DNA from: Octopus vulgaris
Lineage: Eukaryota
Assembly (NCBI GenBank): GCA_951406725.2
Contig: OX597814.1
Span: 220,286,001-220,350,000, forward strand
Direction: 5' to 3'
Length of the DNA: 64,000 bases
Made by a program: the position numbers and the translations under genes. Below the pieces are notes generated by a model that was given only the letters and a program-made list of their open reading frames with translations, made no database searches and was not told where the DNA came from. This document shows positions 54,060 through 64,000 of this stretch, in pieces. Every line of letters starts with the position of its first letter. The stretch's first letter is position 1.

Positions 54060-54489
54060 CTGAAAATAAAACAGAAACAAATATATATATATATATATAT
54101 ATCATCGTTCAACATCCATCTTCTGTGCATGTATGGGTAGGACATTAATACAATATATATACATAAATAAATAAATGGAGTTAAACGCAGGTGTTATTCA
54201 AATTCTTTTACTTCCGACACATGTTCTGAAGATATCACTGGTATTGTTCCAAAGGAATAAAATGATGTAAAACAATGTAATCTTCTCTGCAGGGAAATGA
54301 AGAAATGAAACTTGGTAATAAGACATTTTAACAGAAAATGATGGATATGTATAGTGATTAATTGAACGCTATTAAGTTTGTTTCAAAAAACTGTTATAGG
54401 ATATAACCATTATATTTTTCAAAATATTCAGTATACCAGTGTGTTAACGAGGGAAAAATACGCACATCTATCTGTCTGTCTGTCTGTCA

Positions 54490-54522
<33 letters not shown>

Positions 54523-54675
54523 CTCTCTCTATATATATAATCGTTTACGTCCATCTTCCATGCATGCATGGGTAGGGCATTAATACAATATATATGTATG
54601 TGTGTGTGTGTGTGTATATATATTATATAATAATATAACATATATATAATATAATATATATATATATGTATATAT

Positions 54676-54707
<32 letters not shown>

Positions 54708-54849
54708 CAATACACACACAAACATACATAGATACACAATTTCCATGTATGGAAAAGTGGACAGTGAAATAATGATGAATATATGTATATATGTGCATGT
54801 GTTTATATAAGTGTGCCTGTGAGTGTTCATATGTGTGTGTGTGTGTGTG

Positions 54850-54909
<60 letters not shown>

Positions 54910-55702
54910 ATGAATGTATGTGTGTGTGTGTACAAGATGCAAAAAATATAAGGTAAAAATCATAGAGTTTAGAACAATATATATAAAAAATAAAAAAAAA
55001 AAGGAAGAATGAAAAACTACAAAGCATAGAAAATTATTGAACACATAGCACAGCATATAAATTAATAACTTCAATGTATGTAAATATATTTAGTCTGTTT
55101 CAAACAGAATTCCGTAAGATGTCTGTCTACATCAAGGCAAGAAAAGCACTCATGAGTTATATATCGGAGTTGTTCATAGATCTAATAGAAATCAAAAATC
55201 TTGATTCTTTCTGGCTGATAAATGTAAGTATTATTTTAATATAGTCTTATAAAACACTCCAAATATGAACTTATCTCTTTCACACAAAATGAACAATTAC
55301 AAATAAAATGGGAAAACTGGAAAGTTGAGATAAACTGAAGAGAAAACAAAAACTGAAGTGGACTCCAATTTCATTGTAGTAATTTTGTTACTATTTCTAC
55401 AACATTTATATCAGTCTACCAGTGTCTCAATCTTTTAAGAAGTTTGCTTCTTCATTGTTATTCAGGGTTCCAGTTCCACTAGTGTAGCTAGAGGGAGGTG
55501 AAGAGGGTGGTCAACCCCAGGCAGCACCACATTTAGGTCTGCTGTAGGCAAACTGAAGGGCCACTCCAAGCAGTACACGAACTAGCCACACTAACATCCA
55601 GTTCACTTCCACAGTGCAGTACATTGGGCAAATGTATTCTCAGAAGTCCATGGTGTGTGTATGTGTGTGTGCATATGTATATGTATGTGTATATGCGTGT
55701 GT

Positions 55703-55906
55703 ATACTCTTTTACTTGTTTCAGTCATTTGACTGCGGCCATGCTGGAGCACCACCTTTAGTCGAGCAAATCGACCTCAGGACTTATTCTTTGTAAGCCTA
55801 GTACTTATTCTATTGGTCTCTCTTGCTGAACTGCTAAGTGACGGGGACGTAAACACACCAGCATCGGTTGTCAAGCAATGCTAGGGGGACAAACACAGAC
55901 ACACAA

Positions 55907-55937
<31 letters not shown>

Positions 55938-56108
55938 CATATATACGACAGGCTTCTTTCAGTTTCCATCAACCAAATCCACTCACAAGGCATTGGTCGC
56001 CCCGGGGCTATAGCAGAAGACACTTGCCCAAGATGCCACGCAGTGGGACTGAACCCGGAACCATGTGGTTGGTTAGCAAGCTACTTACCACACAGCCACT
56101 CCTGCGCC
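55703..56108 (-). mobile_element. SINE family A, full length
   Basis: Reverse complement of family A consensus. Confidence 0.9.
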
Positions 56109-58752
56109 TGTATGTGTATTTTTATCATAATTTCATGCCTAGATGCATGTTGGTATGTTTTGTGTGTTGGGACAAGATCTAAAATGTTTGGATGATGATG
56201 TCTTCTTCCAGTGTCACAGTTTGGGTATGGTTTCTTTGACCAGACGCCCTTCCTAAAGTCAACCATTTTACCAAGCATACTGGATGCCTTTTTATTTTAT
56301 GGAACTTGTACCAATGAGGTTATTGTGTAACTCACAACCCCTCAACTGAGAGGGGAATATAATAACAAAGGTGTCTTTATGTGAGGTGCTGAGAGGTTTA
56401 AGTGTGATAGAAAAGACAGGAACAAGTTTGTTGTAGTAGAGACACATAGCTAACATGTGTGCGCGCATATATGTGTTTACATATATGATGTGTCTGTGTG
56501 ATTCTCTGTGTGTATATGTATTTGTATATATACATCAGTGTGTGTACTGATGTTTTTGCATATACGATGTACTTATAGGTAGTCGTGTTTGTGTGTCTAT
56601 ATATACAGGCACACAAGTGTGTGTGTGAGTACATGCTTGTATGTGTATGTATGATGTGTATGTGTCTATATATACATGCATAGATATGTGCACATATATA
56701 CACACACACACATATGTATATGAGTATGCATGTAAATGAATAGGAAAGATTTTAGTGATGTATATAAATATACACATAAGTGTGTGTGAATAGTCATTTG
56801 TTCATTTTTACATATATATGATGTATGTTTATGTGTATATATATGTGCATGTGCATGTATTCACACACAGGCGTGTGTGTATGTGTACATATCTGTATGT
56901 ATGTGTATATGTGTGTGAGTGTGTGTGTGTATATATATATGCATATATTCACACACACACAGACATAAACACATACTTTGTTATATATATATATATATAT
57001 AACGGGAAGCTTTATGAAAATAGACAAAAGACGAAGGCAGGTGGAAAACAAACAAACAATTGTATTAGTTATATATATGTGTGTGTGTATGTGTGTGTGT
57101 GTGCGTGTGAGACTATATCTATATGTGTACTTCTCCTAAACAGGTACTTTATGGCACCATTCAGAACTGAAACTGACCAACTTATAATTTTATTGTTGCT
57201 CTACTTCTTTCTCCTTTCCCTTTATTTATATTCTCACATATCTGTGTATGTCTACATAGATATATAGATATGTGTGTGTGTGTGAGTGTGTGAGTGAGTG
57301 TGCTTGTATTTCAACAGTCTTACCTGCACAGCGTATAAACTCTATCAGATTGAAAACTGCTTTTAAATGAGAAACTCACAACAGATTCATGATTTGTAAA
57401 CATCTAATTATTAAAGAGGAAAAATTATCAGAAAAGCAATTTCTATTCATTTTTTTCAAATATACATACACACATATTTATATATGTGTGTATGCTTGTT
57501 TTTGTGTTTGTCCTCTGCTTCAGCTTGACAACTGGTGTTGCTGTATTTATTTCCTGCAAACTTATTAGTTTAGCAAAAGTGACCAATAGAATATGTACCA
57601 GACTGAGGTAAGAACTAGGATCTATATGGTCAACTAGAAACCTTGATCCTGAAGAAAGTTCCTAAATATAGCTGCAGTCCGATATTTGAACTCAGTCATC
57701 ACTCCATGCCAACAAGCATCTTAATATCTGTTGGCATGGGTTGTACAGGTCATTCAAAGTCCCTTGGTCTTCTACAACTACAGCTAATTTGAACTGTTAG
57801 TAGACGGCAATTTTTCTTTTCCCCAGCACCCATTGTTCATTCCTATCACAGTTCTCAATCATCTCTCCTGTTCACATGGTGATGATTTTGAAGCCTACTT
57901 TCATTCTCCCAGCACATATGTGTTCTGTTGCACTCTTCTACTTGGTCACATATAAACTGTCCAAAGATATTACTTCAGATACCAGTCTTCCAGAAGAGAA
58001 CTGAAAATATACAGGTAGCGAGGAGGGGTTGGGGTGTTGGGACAGCAATCATTTCATTGCAAAAGAATGACCATAGTATAAGTGCTATGTTCACCTCACA
58101 TGACCTCTGATGCGACATCATTCAACACTCCGAACAGGAAATAAAAAAAAAAATTATATTGCAAGAAAACATATCATTTGGAGTCCTGTTGATGTACAAT
58201 TCTTTTAGACTTGATTTATCTTTAGTTTAATGCCTATGCTAATAATTTCAGAATCATGCCTAGTCTGCTTTCCTTCAGTTTCATTAACTGTCAGTTAAAG
58301 CTAACTTTATCATCAATATCCTAAAATCCAACAACCAGTCTCTCTCCCCTACTCTTCCTGCATCTTCTCTGTCTTTCCATCATCTTCACTTTCTTCATTA
58401 TCACCTCCGCTTTCCAGGCTTTAACATCTGTTTTCTTTTATTTCAACATATTTCCATCATTTCTTCGAATACTAACCATTGTTACACAAACGCTTTGCCA
58501 TTCCCACTTTCCTTCTCATGACTGGTTCAATCCATAAAATATCTATTATTAGGTGAGAGTCAACTTTAGAATAAGAACTGCACAAGAAACCTTACATGCT
58601 TCAATGAAATCAATCAGTCGAAATGTCAGCAAATCCATCTAAGTGATACTCTTAAAAGTGTGCAAATGTTTTATGTGTACAACAAACAAGACACTAGTTG
58701 AAGAAAAACAAAAAAGCACTTAGAGAAATAAAATAGAAAACTTTCATGTTAC

Positions 58753-58858
58753 CTAGCATTGACGATACAGATAAATTGAGTGATTTCATTGTTGTTAGTA
58801 GTTGTATCAACGGGAGGGACAACAATTGTTGGAGCAATTCTTGGTATATTTCTAGGAT
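58753..58858 (-). CDS. sdk: Sidekick-like exon, N-terminal half of Ig3
   Basis: ttttcag|AT...GCTAG|gtaac, 106 nt, phase 1/2. Translates (N)PRNIPRIAPTIVVPPVDTTTNNNEITQFICIVNA(R), matching the Sidekick IAPTII.PP...C.ANARP motif. This reading frame is not in the ORF track. Confidence 0.9.
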
Positions 58859-59799
58859 CTGAAAATTAGTCAATATTAACATTAAAAGTCATTAATTTTA
58901 TCATTAATTTCATTTAAAATATATTTTTTAATGTTCTAGAAGAGCTATTTTCTTATAAAAAGAAAAACAAAAGGAGAAGAATTTTTTTGAAAACTGCTTC
59001 AAACATAAGAAAACAAAACCAACAAAAAGATTTTAAATATTTTTCAAATATAATTTAAGAGAAAAACAAGTTACAGTGGCTATTATCAAATAATTGAATA
59101 GAAATAAAATCAGGCAAATAACACCACCACCACCACCACCACCAAGAAAAACATTGAGGAAAAAAAATGCTTTCACTTGAAAATTGTTTCTTTTGACTTT
59201 TTGTTTTTTAATATGCAAATCTTATTTTATTTTTATTTCTTGAGCATTGAAGTAGGAATGGTTTTGTTGATAAAACTAAAACAATCAACAGCTTGATAAA
59301 AAGAAACATCACTGAAATGACAACTTTATATATATTTGTAGTAGAATCACAATTAGCCTAGTTGATGGCTCATCTTCTATTGGTAACATTGTATTATGTC
59401 TCAGCAAAGATATATATATATTTCCGACTGCCTGGTCAAACTAGCAAAAAAATAGTATAGTGTGGAAGTATATGGCTCATTAGTGTGAGTAGTAGAAACA
59501 AAATAACTGATGGTTTCAATAGTTCACTGTATTGGACTCCTAATCATTAGCTATGGGTGTAGAAATGTCGTTGAAAAGAAACTAATATTAGATTTCCACT
59601 TAAAAGTATTAATGAATTCTCTCCCTCTTTATTAATGAGAAATAATAACAGAGCTTGCATTCCTATAAGTCTTCTTTCTTCATCATATTGCAGCAAGTGT
59701 TTGAAAGTTTAAAGCTATTTTAATTTTATTATTAACCATGCAGTTTGACTGCCTCTGTATTAACTTTTATAGGTTTCCCTTATAAGAAACAATGATATA

Positions 59800-60620
59800 A
59801 CCCTCTCTTGCTCAGCGTGTCATGCCTACATGTGTTGGTGATGCTGAAATTTTATGCCTCTTTTGTCCTATTGGGCTGCTTTTTCTGGTAGCCATCTCTT
59901 TGTCTTCCCTGGCTCCTTCTACCTTCCACTTACCTAAGTTATCATCATCTGCTCAAGGCTGCTTTTTTTTCCCACCTTCAATATATGATCTCTAATCAAC
60001 TGAGCTTGTTGTCTTACATTGTTGAAAAGCATTCTGGTGACCTTTGCTTCTCTAAGGACCTCACTGTTTAAAAGTTTATCAGTAAAAGTCACCTTCATCA
60101 TTCTTTTAAGGAACTATGTGATTGCAATTATAATAAGGCATCGAACTTGTTAGTTGATGTTTCAAGTCATTCAAATTTATGTAAAAATGGGGTCCATGTA
60201 CCCCCGAAAGACCTTTTTTCTTACAATTATTGATAGCCTTTCTGTTATCAATATATGACTGACCTTATCAAAAGCAATATTGACCTATCTAATCCTTGAC
60301 ATATTTCTTTCCAATCTGATGTAATGATGATTCCCAAATATCTAAAACTATTAACTTATCTCAAGAGTGCTCCATTGATTATTATACTGTAAATTTACAG
60401 GATTTTTGAGATTAACATTGTATCTCTCTTATTTGCTTCTTATTTTGCTTTGTTGTTAAGATCTGGATCCATATTTTTACTCTCTTCATTAATAGTACTA
60501 AGTAATGTTTGAATATCTTTACTTGTTGAGACACTGAAGACTGTGTCATCTGCATAATAGATATTATCAATACTTTGTTCTGTTAGGTCCATACCTGGTA
60601 TACAACATAACTTATAACAT
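59800..60620 (-). mobile_element. Old RTE-like LINE RT remnant
   Basis: GMDLTEQSIDNIYYADDT (YADD) at ~60545-60595 and EGRKSQGRQR near 59900-59930. Confidence 0.65.
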
Positions 60621-60755
60621 TCCTAATTATACTTTAAGGTGGTGAACTGGCAGATTAGTTGGAGCATTGGATAGAACGTCTAGTGGTACTAATTCAGGCT
60701 TAATGTACTCTGAGTTCAAATTGCACTAAAGTCAGCTGAGTCATTCATCCATACA

Positions 60756-61150
60756 TCTATATATATAAAAGTGAGGTTGTGTGCTGTCTGTCTCCTACGA
60801 TTTAGATTCCTAACTACTCCCACATTTTGCGGTGCAGTTTAACCAAATTCGGGTATCTTATAGTCGTGATTCATATCGAGCCCTTCTGGGTATTAGCACA
60901 CGTCTACGATGAGTCTACGATTTTAAAAATAATTTACCATAATTTTTTTCCATTTTAAAGCATATTTTTTAAATAAAGGGAAGTAACTCTCTAAAAATGT
61001 CTACGATGATTCAACGATTTAAAAAAAAATTTACCATAATTTTTTTCCCATTTTTAATGCATTTTTTGCTGTTTTTTGGCTATAACTCTCTAAAAATGCT
61101 TTATAGTTATTTCCCTTACAAACCCGAGCAACGCTGGGCGATACTGCTAG
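60756..61150 (+). mobile_element. Non-autonomous Helitron, inserted in a SINE B copy
   Basis: A|TC...cccgagcaacgctggg...CTAG|T. SINE B sequence runs 60636-60755 and resumes at 61151. Confidence 0.88.
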
Positions 61151-62582
61151 TGATTGATAAATTAAGTGCAGCTCAGTACTGGAGTCATTTCTTCTTCTTT
61201 TCTCTCTCTCTGTATGGTACCTGTAATTAAGGGTCCAGCCTTATCACACAGCCTTATGATTACTTTATCTGAGAAAAATGTTAAAGAGACATGTAACTGG
61301 AATATTCAACCACTTACAAGTTAATTTTACAAACAGGAATTCACATGATCAAGTAACGAATGCTCATCACATCAACCAACAGAGAAACAGCTGTTAGGTC
61401 TTTGTAATTAACAAAATGATATATTTTAGGAAAGGCTTCAATTTTTTTGTTGAATTCTCCCAAGGCATAAATATAATTTGTAATGAAATTTTTATCAAAT
61501 TTTCCTATCTAATGTAGTGATAGTTCCGAAATATTTAAAACTGAAGCGTGTTCCATTAATTTTTATGTTGCTCCACCTCCATCAGCCAAACTGATATTGT
61601 TAGAAGCAGACTTATGAGGAGAGACATTCTGTCTTTGACTATTTGTTCTTATCACTCAGACATGCAATAACTCAAGAGTCTCCAGCTTAAGTTGGCAGGA
61701 GGGATTTGAGAGTTTGGTTAATGTCGCTGCAACACCAAATGACCACATTAGCTTATCTACCTACCTACATAAGCCAGTCTGGTAGCAAGTATATTAACAT
61801 TCTTGATACTCTAATACATAACATGTTAAGAGAGTGAAACCATGTGATTTTTCCAGTTTCTCATTGAAAGAATCATTAAAATATGGTTCCATTCTATTTC
61901 ATATATGTTGTTCCAAGTGAAAACAATTCCTATTACAGTTAAATGCCTTTTTATGACTAACCAAACTCAGATAAACTGGAACAAGAAGAGATTGCTAAGA
62001 AGAAAAGTTATAAAATTTGAAATTATGACAATGTGGCTTGTTTCCTAGTACTACACATTTTTATGCTTTAATTTTCAAAATGACTAAGAATTATGAGAGG
62101 TTTAGTGAAATAACTAACGTTGAACATATCGAGGCTAGACTAATTTATATCTCTTGAAATCTATTGTCCTCTCTCTGTGTTTGTTGACATGCAAGCTACA
62201 TGGTGACCTCAACTGTGCCAGTGACATGAAAACAGTACCCAGTACACACTGTCACGTGGTTGGCATTAGGTATCCAGCCATAGAAACCATGTCAAAGCAG
62301 ACACTGGAGAGTAATGCAGTCCTTGACTCATTGGATCCTTGTCAAACCATCCAACCCATGCCAGAATGGAACACACATGTTAAATGATGATGATGAAATT
62401 TCTCTTCAAGATCAGAATTTAAGTTTTGAATATGTAAATTAAAGCATTCTTGGAAGAATTAGAGTTGGAAAAAGCTATGGTACAACAACAAAATAAATAA
62501 ATAAATAAACCAAAAAGAGACGACATGGAAGAAAAATAAAAATGTAATATGGCAACAACAATTAACAAAGATAATTTCTTAC

Positions 62583-62873
62583 TTGTAATGAAAATAGTGA
62601 AAGATTCACTGGAAACTGGTTCATCTAGTGTGTTGTTGGCTCTGACATGGAAGGTCCTGCCGTCATCATGAGGAGACAAATTCAATAAGACTAATGAATG
62701 GTTTACAGTAAAGTCATAACGTTTACTTCCAGCTTTTAAGCTTTTTGTCCCATTGAACCACGTTATTTCGGGAAAAGGCACACTTTCTATAGGAGGTACA
62801 GGTAAAATAATGGGGTCTCCAACATTAGCACTGATTGTTTGAGGTATTGAGGTCATATCAAAAGAGCTGATAT
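62583..62873 (-). CDS. sdk: Sidekick-like Ig/FN3 adhesion protein, internal exon encoding the cysteine-less Ig2 domain
   Basis: Acceptor cttgtag|AT and donor ACAA|gtaag, phase 1/1, 291 nt. Translation ISSFDMTSIPQTISANVGDPIILPVPPIESVPFPEITWFNG...RYDFTVNHSLVLLNL...FHVRANN resembles Sidekick Ig2 as recalled (PPIESxPxPxVxW, no Cys pair). Confidence 0.88.
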
Positions 62874-62943
62874 CTACAAGCAAAGATACAAGAAAAGATA
62901 TAAATCAATAATTAAATATATAATAATAATAATAATAATAATG

Positions 62944-63105
62944 CATTATTTACATTTGACGGATATTTGTCCTCATCTTGTTTGTTGCTAACATAATGTT
63001 TTGGCTGATATAACCTCCAGCCTTCAACAGGCGTTTTGGGGAAATATTGAACTGGGATTCTCATTCCTAAGGTATTTTTTCAATGTCATTATTAATATTA
63101 TTACT

Positions 63106-63136
<31 letters not shown>

Positions 63137-63490
63137 TTATTTTTATTATTATTATTATTAAGGTCACTGCTTGGAATCGAACTCGGCTATATGGTGTAGT
63201 GGTTAAGAGCATGGGCTACTAACCCCAAAATTCCAAGTTCGATTCCAGGCAGTGATCTGAATAATAATAATAATAATAATCGTAATAATAATAATCATAA
63301 TAATAATAATAACATTGAAAAAATACCTTAGGAATGAGAACCCAGGTGCGAAATTTCTCCAAGACACCTGATGAAGGCTGGAGGGTATATCAGCTGAAAT
63401 GTTGTGTTAACAACAAACAAGATGAGGACAAATATCCATCAAATGTAAATAATGTAAATAATTCCTCATCTCTTAAATATAGAACTGTAT
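62944..63490 (+). mobile_element. Palindromic element: tRNA-like head, (AAT)n, hammerhead-like motif, preceded by an inverted partial copy
   Basis: 62944-63186 is the reverse complement of 63233-63454. A-box TGGTGTAGTGG at 63192, B-box AGTTCGATTCC at 63236. acacCTGATGAaggctg..cagctGAAAtgTTgtgt at 63364-63407. Confidence 0.72.
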
Positions 63491-63496
63491 TAATAA

Positions 63497-63901
63497 TAAT
63501 GATTTCAAAATTTGGCACAAGGCCAACAAGTTTGGGGGAGGGGGCAAGTTGATTATATTGAGCCCAGTGTTCAGCTGGTACACTTTTTATTGATCTTGAA
63601 AGGATGAAAGGTAAAGTTGACCTTGGTAGAATTTGAAGTCGGAATGTAGTGGCAGACAAAATACCTATTATTTCTTTACTACTCACAAGGGGCCAAACAC
63701 AGAGAGGACAAACAAGGATAGACAAATGGATTAAGTTGATTATATTGACTCCAATGTGTAACTGGTACTTATTTAATCAACCCCGAAAGGATGAAAGGCA
63801 AAGTCGACCTTGGTGGAATTTGAACTCAGAACGTAGTGGCAGACAAAATACCATTAAGCATTTCACCTGGTGTGCTAACAATTCTGCCAGCTTGTCACCT
63901 T
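63497..63901 (-). mobile_element. Two adjacent SINE family B copies (63497-63663, 63667-63901); a third begins near 63920
   Basis: Family B motifs repeated. Confidence 0.82.
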
Positions 63902-64000
63902 AATATGAATAACAATTCTTTCTACTATAGGCACAAGGCCTGGATTTTGTGGGGAGGAGGACAGTCAATCACATTGACTCCAGTACTTCACTGGTACTTA

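Noticed and set aside
63185-63257. Functional tRNA gene
   Set aside because: Acceptor and T stems pair poorly and it is embedded in a repeat palindrome, so it is treated as a tRNA-derived head. SINE heads at ~9530-9597 and ~18930-19006 are rejected for the same reason.

Overview
This is AT-rich, microsatellite-dense animal DNA whose repeat families suggest Octopus or another coleoid cephalopod (an inference from repeat content). The window lies inside one large minus-strand gene. Five GT-AG exons (62583-62873, 58753-58858, 53860-54059, 16115-16256, 235-365) splice in frame to 870 nt encoding three consecutive Ig domains that match Sidekick Ig2-Ig4. The introns (3.7, 4.7, 37.6 and 15.7 kb) hold several tRNA-derived SINE families, RTE and R4/Dong-like LINE remnants, Gypsy remnants, Tc1/mariner and piggyBac-like MITEs and two non-autonomous Helitrons. 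Three structures stand out. (1) An inverted repeat at ~49.56-49.89 kb carries two copies of a minimal hammerhead ribozyme motif. (2) A palindromic element at 62.94-63.49 kb joins a tRNA-like Pol III head to a hammerhead-like motif, a possible retrozyme-like or Penelope-dependent SINE. (3) A nested RTE > Gypsy LTR > fold-back mariner stack occupies 40.1-44.9 kb. Most ORFs in the supplied track are microsatellite or SINE artefacts. Exon, MITE, Helitron and hammerhead boundaries were read base by base. Other repeat boundaries are approximate, and family names come from recalled motifs, not database searches.
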